From: Prochlorococcus sp. MIT 0801
GTDB taxonomy: Bacteria > Cyanobacteriota > Cyanobacteriia > PCC-6307 > Cyanobiaceae
Direction: 5' to 3'
DNA: 32,000 nt
Assembly: GCF_000757865.1 (NCBI RefSeq)
Contig: NZ_CP007754.1
Coordinates: 480,001-512,000, forward strand
The notes under the pieces are model-generated. The model was not told where the DNA came from, made no database searches, and was given only the letters and a program-made list of their open reading frames with translations. Position numbers and translations under genes: made by a program. Shown here in pieces: positions 15,727 to 25,976 of this stretch (position 1 is the first letter of the stretch; each line of letters begins with the position of its first letter).

Positions 15727-17361
15727 ATGTTAGGTGACTCAATAAATAATTCCTCTGAAAGGAATTTTATTGAATTGGATCTTGGGGAAAATCAAGATGC
15801 TGAGTTATGCCGTGTGGCAACAATTGATATTGGCACCAACTCAACTCATTTGTTAATTGCAAAGCTTGAGCGAAAATTAAATACTTTTAGTATTGAACTG
15901 GCAGAAAAATCTACGACAAGACTAGGAGAAAGAGATCCTCAGACGGGAGAACTTACTTCCCTTGCTATGAATAGGGCTTTTTCAACATTAACGAGGTTTA
16001 AGGATTTATCTGAAAGTTATAAAGTTGAAAGCCTTATTATTGCCGCTACAAGTGCGGTTAGAGAAGCACCAAATGGAAAAAAATTTATTTCTGAAATAAA
16101 AAAGAAGATAGGCTTAGATGTTGAATTGATAAGCGGAGCGGAAGAGGCAAGATTGATTTATCTAGGTGTACTTTCAGGGATGCAATTTGAAAATAAACCT
16201 CATCTTGTTCTTGATATTGGAGGAGGTTCTACAGAATTAATCCTTGCTGATAGTGCTGAGGCACGAGCATTAACAAGTACAAAGATTGGAGCAGTAAGAT
16301 TACAAAGAGAATTTATTAAAAAAGATCCAATATCCTCTCAGACTGAATTATTTTTAAGGTCATTCATCAGAGGCTCTATGGAGTCTGCAATTGACAAAGT
16401 ATCTAAGAGGATTGAAGTAGGTGAAACTCCAGTTTTGGTTGCAACTAGTGGAACTGCTATGGCTATCGGTGCATTACTAGCTAACAAAGAAAATCATATT
16501 CAATCAAAATTACAAGGATATAAAATTCAAAAAAATAATTTAGATGTAATTATTAGTCAGTTAATAAAAATGACACCTTCTGAACGAAGTCAATTATCCT
16601 CATTAAGTGAAAGAAGATCTGAAATTATTGTCCCTGGAGCTTTGATTCTACAAACTATAATGACAATGGTTAATGTTAATGAAATTATTTTAAGTGAGAG
16701 AGCTCTTCGAGAAGGACTAGTTGTTGATTGGATGTGTCGAAATAATTATTTAAAAGATCAGTTGAGCTTTCAAGGATCAATAAGAGAAAGAACAGTTATT
16801 CATCAATCGAAAAGATTTGGTGTTAACTCAAAACGATCAAAAAAGGTATCAGAATTTGCCCTTACTTTCTATGATCAGACAAGGGGGACTTTACATAATG
16901 ATAATGGTGAAGGTAGAGATCTTTTGTGGGCAGCAGCCAAACTTTATGCTTGTGGAAAACATATCAATATAAGTGCCTATCACAAGCATTCCTGGTATTT
17001 AATTAGACATGGAGAGCTATTAGGGTATTCCCAAAGTGAGCATTTAATGGTCGCTGCTATAGCAAGGTATCACAGGAAAAGTCTTCCAAAAAAAAGACAT
17101 GAATCTTGGCAATTATTGGTTGATGAAAGTCAAAGAAGCTTGGTTTCTGACATGTCTTTACTTCTTCGCTTAGCATGCTCTTTAGATAGAAGGCCAGAAC
17201 CTTTGATATCAAAGATAGTTGTTGAAGCTCATAATAGAAAAGTTAACATAGAACTGATTCCTAATGACTTAGGCCAAAACTTAGATCTTGAGAAATGGAG
17301 CTTAACTAAGGCGATTTTACTAATTAAGAAAATTAAGCATGTTGATATTAATATCCTTTAA
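15727..17361 (+). CDS. ppx: Exopolyphosphatase / Ppx-GppA family phosphatase with C-terminal HD-like domain
   Basis: 544 aa. IDIGTNSTHLLIA and LDIGGGSTELI are ASKHA phosphate-binding motifs, and the domain order is typical of Ppx/GppA. Confidence 0.9.
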   Translation: MLGDSINNSSERNFIELDLGENQDAELCRVATIDIGTNSTHLLIAKLERKLNTFSIELAEKSTTRLGERDPQTGELTSLAMNRAFSTLTRFKDLSESYKVESLIIAATSAVREAPNGKKFISEIKKKIGLDVELISGAEEARLIYLGVLSGMQFENKPHLVLDIGGGSTELILADSAEARALTSTKIGAVRLQREFIKKDPISSQTELFLRSFIRGSMESAIDKVSKRIEVGETPVLVATSGTAMAIGALLANKENHIQSKLQGYKIQKNNLDVIISQLIKMTPSERSQLSSLSERRSEIIVPGALILQTIMTMVNVNEIILSERALREGLVVDWMCRNNYLKDQLSFQGSIRERTVIHQSKRFGVNSKRSKKVSEFALTFYDQTRGTLHNDNGEGRDLLWAAAKLYACGKHINISAYHKHSWYLIRHGELLGYSQSEHLMVAAIARYHRKSLPKKRHESWQLLVDESQRSLVSDMSLLLRLACSLDRRPEPLISKIVVEAHNRKVNIELIPNDLGQNLDLEKWSLTKAILLIKKIKHVDINIL

Positions 17362-17855
17362 GAAAATATCTTTTTGTCTAATAAAAAGATATCACTTTGC
17401 TGTGGATTAATCGAATCATTTTGAACTCCTTGAATATAATTTAATACCATAACTGAAGTAAATAATCCTAAAGCACCTGATAAAATTACTAAACTAACTG
17501 GATTGAAATTTCTATTTTCCCTGGTATTTTTTTTCTTAATTACAGGATTAGATTTAGGCTCATTATTTTTCTTTTCATAAAGTTCTTCAAGAATAAAACT
17601 TGTATCTAAGTTCAACTTCTCGGCTATTCTTCGAACCATTGCTCTAATGAAAACTTTTTCAGGAAGTGATTTTTCATCTCCTGATTCAAGTGCAATCAGT
17701 TGTTCTTTACCAATTCTAAGAGAAGAAGATAGATCCTCTACTGAAAGATTTCTGCCTTGTCTGGCTTCTCTGAGAAACTCACCAACAGTTTGTAATGGAG
17801 GTTGTTTATTTGCGACATGAGTTCTATCGCTTTTCCTTTCTTCACTTTTTTCCAA
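17358..17855 (-). CDS. Helix-turn-helix (XRE/RodZ-like) protein with one C-terminal transmembrane segment
   Basis: 165 aa. VGEFLREARQGRNLSVEDLSSSLRIGKEQLIALESGD resembles the RodZ/XRE HTH. It also has the hydrophobic segment VSLVILSGALGLFTSVMVL. Its stop overlaps the ppx stop by 4 nt (convergent). Confidence 0.6.
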   Translation of the reverse strand: MEKSEERKSDRTHVANKQPPLQTVGEFLREARQGRNLSVEDLSSSLRIGKEQLIALESGDEKSLPEKVFIRAMVRRIAEKLNLDTSFILEELYEKKNNEPKSNPVIKKKNTRENRNFNPVSLVILSGALGLFTSVMVLNYIQGVQNDSINPQQSDIFLLDKKIFS

Positions 17856-17973
17856 TTAAACACCTTTTGGGTATTAAATTTATTCTAAAGGCTCTGTAAA
17901 GAGGTTTGTCTCTAAAAGATAATTTGTCTCTGATTTAAATAATTTTTAAAATATATTCCAAAATTTTTTCTAT

Positions 17974-18726
17974 TTAACTAGACCTAAATAAATGTGAATG
18001 AGTGGGACTATAAAGTTTTGATCTATTATTCCCGATCTTTAATGTTGGACTAATTATATATAATGTTGTTCTGATTAAATTTTGTTCTCGAGATGTTTTC
18101 GCCATCTCAGCCAAAGGTATAACTTTTATCCATTCGTCTGGCCAAGTTACTCTATATGCAATTGCTACTGGTGTATTTGCAGGATAATACTTGATAAGTA
18201 TTGATTGCACTTCTTCCACATGTCTTGCACTTAGGTAAAGGCATAAAGAAGATTGAATAGATGCTAGCTTTTGAAGACTCTCCTTCTCTGGTTTGCCGGT
18301 CCTCCCATCAGCTCTGCTTAGTATTATTGTTTGGGTTAAATCTGGAATAGTTAGTTCGAATCCTAAAGTTGCTGCTGTTGCTTGATAAGCACTTACTCCC
18401 GGAACTACTTCTACCTCAATCCCTTCATCATTTAATCTACAAATTTGTTCTGATACGGCTCCATATAAGCAAGGATCACCATCATGGAGACGAACAATTT
18501 TTTTACCTTCCTTGTGCCTTTTAATTAAGATTAAAAGGATCTCTTCTAGAGTTAATGAACTTGTCTTTATCTTTTCACAATTATCTTTAACAAGTTTTGT
18601 TATTTGAGTAGGAATGAGAGAGTCTGTCCAAACAAGAACATCGGCTGATTTTAGTCTTTGTTGAGCTCTTATTGTCATTAGGTCTAAAGCGCCTGGACCT
18701 GCTCCTACAATTGAAATCTGATTCAT
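17974..18726 (-). CDS. cobM: Precorrin-4 C11-methyltransferase
   Basis: 250 aa. [24 protein letters not shown] and [13 protein letters not shown] are tetrapyrrole methylase motifs, and the overall match is to CobM/CbiF. Confidence 0.88.
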   Translation of the reverse strand: MNQISIVGAGPGALDLMTIRAQQRLKSADVLVWTDSLIPTQITKLVKDNCEKIKTSSLTLEEILLILIKRHKEGKKIVRLHDGDPCLYGAVSEQICRLNDEGIEVEVVPGVSAYQATAATLGFELTIPDLTQTIILSRADGRTGKPEKESLQKLASIQSSLCLYLSARHVEEVQSILIKYYPANTPVAIAYRVTWPDEWIKVIPLAEMAKTSREQNLIRTTLYIISPTLKIGNNRSKLYSPTHSHLFRSS

Positions 18727-19637
18727 TGATTTCTCCCATTAATTAAGGAAGGATCTGGGAGTGCTTTTTTAGAAATATAAATTCTCCATATTCCTAATGA
18801 ACCTGCACTAATTAAAAATAAGCTAATTAATTGAGCGATTCGTAGTCCTCCTTCACAAAAAGGTGGAACCCCACCTAAGCAGAGAGGATCAGTTCTTAAG
18901 GCTTCTATCCACAATCTGCCTAAGCTGTAAGTGATTAAATACAAGCAACTTAAACTACCGGGCGGTAGCTTAAGTTCTCTTTTATTTGCCTTTCTAAAAA
19001 GAAATATCAGTATGCCAAAAACAAAAATATTCCATATTGATTCGTAAAGAAAGGTAGGATGAAAATAATCTTGTGTTGAGAATATTTCAGGTCTAAATCT
19101 ATAAGGTATAAATAATTTCCAAGGTAAATTTGTAGGTATACCAAAAGCTTCATTATTAAAAAAATTTCCCCATCTACCTATTGCTTGGCCTAATGCAACT
19201 GAGGGGACTAAAACATCAATAACATCCCAGAAAGGTTCTTTTCTCCACCGGCAAAAAAATATAATGGATAATGTACCCAGTATCAGTGCCCCATGAATTG
19301 CAATTCCTCCTCCCCAAATTTCTAGCACACTGGGAATAGGAATATTTAAGTTCAGGAAATTAATAGAACTCCAGAAGTTTTTGCCAGTGTAATTTCTCCA
19401 TTCAAATGCAACATAATAAATTCTTGCACCAATCACAGATGCCAAAACTAAAATAGGAAGTAAATCATTAATAAGGCTTTTTTTTAATCCTTTTTTTAAG
19501 GCCAAATCACCTGATAAATTTAGACCTAATAAAACGGAAACAGCTATCAGCAATCCATACCACCTTAATGAAAAAGGCCCCAATTGAAACAACTCAGGCC
19601 CAGGTGATCTAAGCGCTAAAAAAATATGTTCCATCAA
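18723..19637 (-). CDS. lgt: Prolipoprotein diacylglyceryl transferase
   Basis: 304 aa membrane protein. [23 protein letters not shown] and [13 protein letters not shown] are Lgt signatures. Its stop overlaps the cobM start (ATGA). Confidence 0.92.
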   Translation of the reverse strand: MMEHIFLALRSPGPELFQLGPFSLRWYGLLIAVSVLLGLNLSGDLALKKGLKKSLINDLLPILVLASVIGARIYYVAFEWRNYTGKNFWSSINFLNLNIPIPSVLEIWGGGIAIHGALILGTLSIIFFCRWRKEPFWDVIDVLVPSVALGQAIGRWGNFFNNEAFGIPTNLPWKLFIPYRFRPEIFSTQDYFHPTFLYESIWNIFVFGILIFLFRKANKRELKLPPGSLSCLYLITYSLGRLWIEALRTDPLCLGGVPPFCEGGLRIAQLISLFLISAGSLGIWRIYISKKALPDPSLINGRNQ

Positions 19638-19647
19638 CTATTTGAAT

Positions 19648-20613
19648 TTATATTCCTTCTGCAGCTTGAACTTTTTCTACTTGTTTCTTTTTAAGAACTA
19701 GCATTATTTGGGATAAGCCAACTCCAATAAAGAAAATTATCATTCCAATAACTCTTGCTTTACTCTGTAAAACTATTTCTTTGTCAAGTTGACCAAAACC
19801 TCCAACATTGGGATCTTCAGTTAATTTTGCACCTTTCTCAATAGTGTCACCTTCTTTTATTAATAATGAAGTCCCAGCAGGAAGATTTTCAGTAAAACTT
19901 TCTCCTTCTTCATTGTTTAGATTAATTATTTGTGTTCCATCTTCTTTAGTTTCTATTGAAGTTATGGTCCCTGAATTTGTTGCAGTAAACAAATTGTTAT
20001 TGCTCTTCTCTCCGGTCGGATAAACTTGACCTCTTCCTCTATTACCTCCTACATGAATTGAATACTTTCCAAAATTATAATTGCTGTCTTTTCTTGGATC
20101 AGGTGATAATACAGGGAATACAATCTCTCTATTTTGATCCCCTGGTAAAGGACCTACTAAAATAATATTTTCTTGTTCCTCGCTGTATTGGGTGAAGTAG
20201 ACACCTTGTGTCTCTTCTTTTATTTCATCTGTCCATCTTTCTTGAGGAGCAAGTTTAAATCCATCTGGAAGCATTACAACAGCTCCAACTTGGAGAGGAA
20301 CTTTGCTTCCATCAGCTCCTATCTCTTGTAAGTCCTTTTTGTATGGTATCTCTACGACTGTTTTGAAAACACTATCAGCAGCAACTGCCTGAGGCACTTC
20401 AGCTCTTGTTGGCATACTAGCGACATGACAATTAGCACAAACAATTTTTCCAGTTGCCTCTCTAGGATTTTCAAATTTTTGTTGAGCCCAAAATGGGTAG
20501 GCCCAAGTTGGTTGAGGAATTAAAAAGATTGAAAATCCAATAAAAACTGAAAAGATAAGAAGTTTTAATGAACGACTCATGGTTTTAGAAATGGTATAAA
20601 AGTTTTTTTTCAT
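19648..20613 (-). CDS. petA: Apocytochrome f
   Basis: 321 aa. It has a signal peptide and then the mature N-terminus [26 protein letters not shown] with a CxxCH heme site, plus a C-terminal TM anchor. Confidence 0.97.
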   Translation of the reverse strand: MKKNFYTISKTMSRSLKLLIFSVFIGFSIFLIPQPTWAYPFWAQQKFENPREATGKIVCANCHVASMPTRAEVPQAVAADSVFKTVVEIPYKKDLQEIGADGSKVPLQVGAVVMLPDGFKLAPQERWTDEIKEETQGVYFTQYSEEQENIILVGPLPGDQNREIVFPVLSPDPRKDSNYNFGKYSIHVGGNRGRGQVYPTGEKSNNNLFTATNSGTITSIETKEDGTQIINLNNEEGESFTENLPAGTSLLIKEGDTIEKGAKLTEDPNVGGFGQLDKEIVLQSKARVIGMIIFFIGVGLSQIMLVLKKKQVEKVQAAEGI

Positions 20614-20620
20614 TTATTGA

Positions 20621-21157
20621 TCATCCCCACCAAGGATCAGTACCAGTTCGAAAATCAGTTTCTGTCCACTGACTTACTAGAACTTGATCATCCTCAATTG
20701 AGACATGAGCTATAGCTAGAGATAGAGGGGCTGGTCCTCTAACAACTTTTCCTGTGGAATCGTATTGACTTCCATGACATGGACACATGTATTTATTTGC
20801 TCCGCTATTCCATGGCACTACACAACCAAGGTGAGTACAAATCGCATTGATTCCGTAACTAGTAATTGCATCCTCGCCTTCAACTATTAGGTAGGTTGGA
20901 TCACCTTTGAGTCCTTGGACCAAACTCCTATCTCCAACTGGATGGGTTGATAGCCAACCACTTGCACTTACATTGTTTCCTAACTCATCTTTTGCATTTG
21001 TTCCACCACCACCACCACCAGCCCTATATGGAGTGAAGTATTGGGCTACTGGATATAACGCTCCTAAAGCAACCCCTGTAACTGTTCCAAAGGTAAGTAG
21101 ATTCATGAACTGCCTTCTGCCCATTGAGGGCACATCTGCAGTTGTCATTTGTGTCAT
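20621..21157 (-). CDS. petC: Cytochrome b6-f complex Rieske iron-sulfur subunit
   Basis: 178 aa with Rieske boxes [10 protein letters not shown] and CPCHGSQY and a poly-Gly hinge. Sits directly upstream of petA, the usual petCA operon. Confidence 0.97.
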
Positions 21158-21240
21158 TACAGACGTTCACCTATGTATAGATATTAGACCAGAATGGACA
21201 CATAAAGGGTTATTAATCTCTGCCAAGACTAGGTTTTGAA

Positions 21241-21603
21241 ATGAGTTTTGAATTTAACGAGTCAAATTCTGGTCGTTTCTCTTCTTCAATTCCATTGGAA
21301 TCAGAAGAAGTAATGGACTGCTTAAGAAGACGCTGGGGTGTAACGTATGATTTGCGATTGTTAATAAAAAGAGACCAGATATATTTGCAAATGATGTGGG
21401 GATTTTTAGAACAACAGTCTTTTCCAATTGATGAAGAGACTTTTAAAGAAAATTTAAATCGAACCTTAGAAATAATTAACCGTGCAGGCCTATCAAGTTT
21501 TGTTAGAAATTGGCTTGAAAATGTTCAAGCTAGACCAAGACTAGGTAAGGCGCTTACATTGGCTTTCCCTAGGGATCAAAGGATGGACGAATTTGTCCTT
21601 TGA
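21241..21603 (+). CDS. Conserved cyanobacterial hypothetical protein (DUF3067-like)
   Basis: 120-aa ORF in an otherwise gene-free slot, with coding-like composition. I assign it to DUF3067 from memory of the WGVTYDLRL...YLQMMW pattern, so the family is tentative. Confidence 0.6.
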   Translation: MSFEFNESNSGRFSSSIPLESEEVMDCLRRRWGVTYDLRLLIKRDQIYLQMMWGFLEQQSFPIDEETFKENLNRTLEIINRAGLSSFVRNWLENVQARPRLGKALTLAFPRDQRMDEFVL

Positions 21604-22288
21604 GATTTGTTGTTAAGGCAACTAAACCAATCCCAACAAAAAACAATAAAGTTATCGATGCTGATAAAAGAAGCATCGTTATTGGATCGGTTGATGGAGT
21701 TAAAACAGCTCCTGCAATGGCTGAGGCCATCACTACCAATCTCCACGCAGATAACATCTTTTTCCAAGAAATTATTTCAAAGAAACCTAAAATTAATTGA
21801 AGTATTGGTAATTGGAAGGCTAAACCAGTCGAAAGCATTAGTAGAAGGACAAAATCTAAATATTTTTCTATTGACCACAATGGTTCAACCACATCGGCAC
21901 CATAATTTATTAGAAATCCCAAGGCTGCAGGTATCAAAGCCTTCCAAGCAAAGAAAATTCCTAAGAAAAATAAAATTGCTGAACCTGCCACTGATGGTGC
22001 TATTAAAAGCTTCTCTTTTTTTGTTAGACCAGGAAGGATGAACTTTAAAAATTGGTAAAGTATGAAAGGAAGAGAGAGAGTAAGCCCTCCATAACCTGCA
22101 ACTTTTATTGAAGTAAATAAAAATTCACCGGGTGCCACTTGTAAAAATTGTATTTTGCCCGCTGGTATCTCTAATGTTTGTACAAGCTTCCTAACAAATA
22201 ACAAACAAAAACCTGATGAAAGAAGAACTGCAATAAGACTTTTTAGGATCCTTTGACGAAGTTCTTCAAGATGATCAACCAAAGGCAT
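21569..22288 (-). CDS. tatC: Sec-independent (Tat) protein translocase subunit TatC
   Basis: 239 aa. MPLVDHLEELRQRI is the canonical TatC N-terminal motif, and there are six predicted TM segments. The frame stays open about 100 nt upstream without an ATG, so a non-ATG upstream start cannot be excluded. Confidence 0.9.
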   Translation of the reverse strand: MPLVDHLEELRQRILKSLIAVLLSSGFCLLFVRKLVQTLEIPAGKIQFLQVAPGEFLFTSIKVAGYGGLTLSLPFILYQFLKFILPGLTKKEKLLIAPSVAGSAILFFLGIFFAWKALIPAALGFLINYGADVVEPLWSIEKYLDFVLLLMLSTGLAFQLPILQLILGFFEIISWKKMLSAWRLVVMASAIAGAVLTPSTDPITMLLLSASITLLFFVGIGLVALTTNLKGQIRPSFDP

Positions 22289-22519
22289 CTCAAGAGGTTG
22301 AGTGGCCTCATATGAATTGGCTTTTTCCTTGATCCTTATTGGAGGAGGAGCTTTGAAAATATTTTCGTTTTTGTTGGAGCTATTCAGGTTGATTTAGCTT
22401 AATAGGCTTATTTTAGTAGGAAATTGAGTTTGTAAGTAGTAAATAAGAAATTTTGCTAGATATTTTATAAGTGATAAATAGATAAATTATTGATGATGCC
22501 TATGTATGAATGAAGTTTT

Positions 22520-22816
22520 TTACTTGTTTTTTGTTGGGTCAGGCAAAATAAAAGGAGGACAATCATTTAGTGAAGATTCACCATAACTAGCATATTCTTT
22601 ATAACCACCCATTTTTCCGTTGGTTTTCATTAAAGCGCTTGTAAATGCTAATAAAAGAAATACTGTTGGAGCACCAATAATTAAAGCAGCACCAAATAAA
22701 TATCCAATTAAAAACTCTGGAAAAGTGTGATTACCAAGAAACTCATGAGTTCCTAGCAAAAAGTCAATCATTTTAAACTGGTCTAATGAAGCTGATAGTA
22801 AGTCATTGAAGTTCAC
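22520..22816 (-). CDS. Small hypothetical membrane protein
   Basis: 98-aa ORF with one clear hydrophobic helix (LIGYLFGAALIIGAPTVFLLLAFTSAL). Its GTG start overlaps the stop of the upstream NFACT gene (GTGA). An internal ATG (Met16) is an alternative start. Confidence 0.5.
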   Translation of the reverse strand: MNFNDLLSASLDQFKMIDFLLGTHEFLGNHTFPEFLIGYLFGAALIIGAPTVFLLLAFTSALMKTNGKMGGYKEYASYGESSLNDCPPFILPDPTKNK

Positions 22817-24516
22817 TTCTGGTGGAAATATTTCGCAGCTCTCTCAGCTTTTCCCCACAGGACCTTCCCACCCCTATGACTAACAGTGCCAGGTAAGGAT
22901 CCTGATATCCTTTGTAGATTCTCAATTGGAACCATAATTATTGGTGTAAGTTTGTTGCCTCTCGCACGGCTAAAGAAAGAAGCAAGATCAGCAGCCAATT
23001 CAATATCTTTATTATCAAAAAGTCCATTGGATGATTTAAGTACGACATGGCTTCCAGGTGTCTCTTGGGCATGAAACCAAAGATCTCCTTTTTTTCCTTT
23101 CCTTAGACTAATTAATTCGTTTTGCCTATTGTTGGAACCTATTTGAATCTTTAGACCGCTAGGACTTTGAATCTCTTTTATAGTCGAAACCTGTTCATTT
23201 TTTCTATTTGATTTAAACTTCGATGAATTTTTTTTAATGCATATATATTCTTCTACTTCTTCTTTAAGTTCAATAATTGAATCTAGTTTATTTTTATTAG
23301 CCTCATTATCCTCATACATTAATGAATCAAGAAATAACTCACAATAGTCAATCTCAGATATTTTCTTTTTGTGAAATTCGACTCTATGCATGATTGACTC
23401 TCTAGATCTTTTTTTTCTTTTAGCTTCTTTGAATAGATTCTGAGCCTCAATTATTTGCTTCTTCGTTGGAGATTTTAAAGTAAGAATATTATTAGCTTTG
23501 CTTTGCATGGATATATATTCAGAAATATTTTTAATTAGTAAACTTTGCTCGTCTAGTTTTCTAATTTCATCATCTTTTGACTTTTGGAGATCATATTTTA
23601 ATTTATCTCTAATAGAATTTATTTTCTTATCTATAATTTTATTTGAATAATATATGCCAAGTCTAAGACCAATTTGTGTATTCTCAACCCTTGATTTCAC
23701 TTCTCCCCATACTATAAAATCAGTTGGTCCTTTGAAATTGATAGTATAATTATTATTCTCAATATCTACTAGCCACTTCTTCCATCTTTTATATATTGCC
23801 TCCCATGTATTTAATTCAATACTGGTTACTGATTGGTTAATTATATTAATTGCTTCATTGTAATCATTGCTTGCAATTTGTAATGTAAGAGCTGGACTTA
23901 TTCCTTGATAAGTGTCTTTAAGACAATTCTTAAATGTTGATGGAACCAAGCATATATTCTCTTTCCATGAATGAAATGATTCAGAGAGGTTAGGAGCTAA
24001 TCCTTTAAGGGCTGGAGGAGATTTGTAATTATCTCCAGTTCCTATTGGCCTTAGTCTTGAGTGGTTTTCTTTTATTTTTTTCCCAAGAGTAACTACTTTG
24101 TTTGATTTGTCTAAAAGTAAAATATTACTGTGTTTCCCCATTAACTCAACTACCAACTCTTTCTCAATTTCTTTACCAGGTCTGCTAGAGAATTTAAACT
24201 TAACTATTCTTTCAAAACCAGTTTGTTCTATTTTTACCAAAGCTAAATTGAATAATAAATGTTTTAGTTGTTTCGCTAATGTACTTTTTTCGCCATATCT
24301 TTTTGGAGGTTGTATTTGGACAATTCTTGGGGACTCGGCAAGCCAACTGATTTCAATCCATGTAAGTTTTTCAAGTGTTCTAAATCCTAATTGAAGAGTA
24401 TGTGAATCAATTTGCTGTGCATTCTCAAATCTACTTGGAACGATGAGTTCGCAAAGTTCAAAAACAACCGCTTTGAGCGTTGTTAAGTCCATTATTTGAA
24501 TTGGAACTTTGTTCAT
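22813..24516 (-). CDS. NFACT-family protein (FbpA/RqcH-like, DUF814-containing RNA-binding protein)
   Basis: 567 aa. The N-terminal NFACT-N-like region, Lys/Glu-rich coiled-coil middle and C-terminal DLWFHAQETPGSHVVLK (NFACT-R/DUF814 motif) match the bacterial RqcH architecture and length. Confidence 0.85.
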   Translation of the reverse strand: MNKVPIQIMDLTTLKAVVFELCELIVPSRFENAQQIDSHTLQLGFRTLEKLTWIEISWLAESPRIVQIQPPKRYGEKSTLAKQLKHLLFNLALVKIEQTGFERIVKFKFSSRPGKEIEKELVVELMGKHSNILLLDKSNKVVTLGKKIKENHSRLRPIGTGDNYKSPPALKGLAPNLSESFHSWKENICLVPSTFKNCLKDTYQGISPALTLQIASNDYNEAINIINQSVTSIELNTWEAIYKRWKKWLVDIENNNYTINFKGPTDFIVWGEVKSRVENTQIGLRLGIYYSNKIIDKKINSIRDKLKYDLQKSKDDEIRKLDEQSLLIKNISEYISMQSKANNILTLKSPTKKQIIEAQNLFKEAKRKKRSRESIMHRVEFHKKKISEIDYCELFLDSLMYEDNEANKNKLDSIIELKEEVEEYICIKKNSSKFKSNRKNEQVSTIKEIQSPSGLKIQIGSNNRQNELISLRKGKKGDLWFHAQETPGSHVVLKSSNGLFDNKDIELAADLASFFSRARGNKLTPIIMVPIENLQRISGSLPGTVSHRGGKVLWGKAERAAKYFHQK

Positions 24517-24584
24517 TTATCATCCTTTTAACTTTATAAATAATGGAATCAACCTTTATTAGGTAAATTCGATAGGATTTAATT

Positions 24585-25145
24585 ATGTCGACTTTAGGAA
24601 ATCTTACTGTTCTTACTGGCCCAAGTGGGGTTGGTAAAGGAACAATTGTTAGGAAAATCCTTGATAGCCATAGTGATGTATGGCTGTCTATTTCTGCCAC
24701 TACTCGTAAACCAAGATTGGGGGAAATTGATGGGGAGCATTACTTTTTCTTAGACAAGAAAATTTTTCAAAACATAATAGATAATGAAGGTTTTCTTGAG
24801 TGGGCCTCATTCTCTAATAATTTTTATGGAACTCCCAAAAAAATAGTTAATGAAAAAATAAAAGAAGGAACTAATGTTCTTCTTGAAATTGAATTAGAGG
24901 GGGCTCGACAAATTCGAAAGTCTTTTCCTGAAGCATTGCAAATATTTATAGCACCACCAAATTTATCTGAACTTGAAAAAAGAATCAGAGGTAGGGGAAC
25001 TGAAACTGAAGAATCTATTAGAGATCGCTTGGCAATAGCAAATAAGGAACTTATTGCGAAAAAAGAGTTTGACGCTGTAGTTGTTAATGAAGATATAGAA
25101 AAAGCCTTCAAAGAAATTGAAGGCTTAATGGGATTAAAAACTTAA
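24585..25145 (+). CDS. gmk: Guanylate kinase
   Basis: 186 aa. It has the P-loop GPSGVGKGT, SATTRKPRLGEIDGEHYFF and EIELEGARQI. Confidence 0.95.
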   Translation: MSTLGNLTVLTGPSGVGKGTIVRKILDSHSDVWLSISATTRKPRLGEIDGEHYFFLDKKIFQNIIDNEGFLEWASFSNNFYGTPKKIVNEKIKEGTNVLLEIELEGARQIRKSFPEALQIFIAPPNLSELEKRIRGRGTETEESIRDRLAIANKELIAKKEFDAVVVNEDIEKAFKEIEGLMGLKT

Positions 25146-25167
25146 ATTTAATTAATAATTTGTATTT

Positions 25168-25305
25168 TTAAAAAGACATTGGATGAAAAAGCAAGTCTGG
25201 CACAAATCTATTAAATTCAACAATAATACCTGCTGTTAGAGTAATCCAAATAGCTGATACGACTGGGGCTGATCTAAACCATTTAGTACGAAATAATTGA
25301 AACAT
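25168..25305 (-). CDS. psaJ: Photosystem I reaction centre subunit IX
   Basis: Too short for the ORF track. My minus-strand translation from the ATG at 25305 gives [45 protein letters not shown], with a TAA stop at 25170..25168. This is a typical PsaJ sequence, located directly downstream of psaF as in the conserved psaFJ operon. Confidence 0.9.
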   Translation of the reverse strand: MFQLFRTKWFRSAPVVSAIWITLTAGIIVEFNRFVPDLLFHPMSF

Positions 25306-25345
25306 GATTGGAAAAGATTAAGTGATTTAAGGAATTAATAATTTT

Positions 25346-25903
25346 TTAGCCTCTTGGACCATTAAGGGAAACATTATTGTCTTTTTCCCTAAGCTCTCCA
25401 TTTTTTCCCTCTCTATTAGCTTGTAGAGGCCAAGCGGCTCCTCTTTTTAAGCATTGCCAAGCCAGATCAGTGTCGATAATGATTTCATATTCTGCAGCGT
25501 TCTTTTTGCCTCTAACAGCTCTTACATATTCCCTTCCAGACCAACCAATAATACCTGCAATATAGATAAACATTACACCTGGAATCAGTAGATCTCCTTC
25601 ATGACCTCTGTTAATCCATGCACCCCAAGGTTCAATAGGCGGTCCAATTATTAAGTGAGGTAGTCCATCATCTCCGCATAAGGCTTTGCTGTATCTTTCA
25701 AATCTTTTTATTGCCTGATCTGTTGAGGCTGTGCTTGCTCTTTCTTGGAAACGGGGATTATCAGCACAAGATACCAAAGCGGAAGCAGTGAAATCTGTAG
25801 GAGCTCTATCAGCGTTTAGTGCTGGGCCTGGTCTTGCATTAGCTATTGGAGCTATTCCTAAGAAAAGAAATGCTGAAAGTAAAATTGATAAAAGACGACT
25901 CAT
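25346..25903 (-). CDS. psaF: Photosystem I reaction centre subunit III
   Basis: 185 aa. It has a signal peptide, then CADNPRFQERA, LCGDDGLPHLI and a C-terminal TM helix, all typical of PsaF. Confidence 0.95.
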   Translation of the reverse strand: MSRLLSILLSAFLFLGIAPIANARPGPALNADRAPTDFTASALVSCADNPRFQERASTASTDQAIKRFERYSKALCGDDGLPHLIIGPPIEPWGAWINRGHEGDLLIPGVMFIYIAGIIGWSGREYVRAVRGKKNAAEYEIIIDTDLAWQCLKRGAAWPLQANREGKNGELREKDNNVSLNGPRG

Positions 25904-25976
25904 GAGTTCTGATTTTTATCTGTTTCCCTGTTTTAATGGGATTTCAATACTAAACTTAGTTGATCAATAGCGATAA

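Noticed and set aside
21003-21020. Simple CCA repeat (ccaccaccaccaccacca)
   Set aside because: It encodes, on the minus strand, the conserved flexible Gly hinge (GGGGGG) of the Rieske protein. It is not a regulatory or hypervariable repeat.
20907-21239. 110-aa ORF with a poly-Pro run
   Set aside because: Antisense to petC. The poly-Pro is simply the complement of the Rieske poly-Gly hinge codons.
21607-22041. 144-aa ORF, together with 21576..21767 and 21600..21800
   Set aside because: These lie in other frames, on either strand, within the well-supported tatC gene. They have no recognisable motifs and are products of AT-rich sequence with few stops.
24098-25111. ORFs 24098..24394, 24458..24700 and 24824..25111
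   Set aside because: Each overlaps the NFACT gene or gmk, in antisense or out of frame. They have low-complexity sequence and no independent support.
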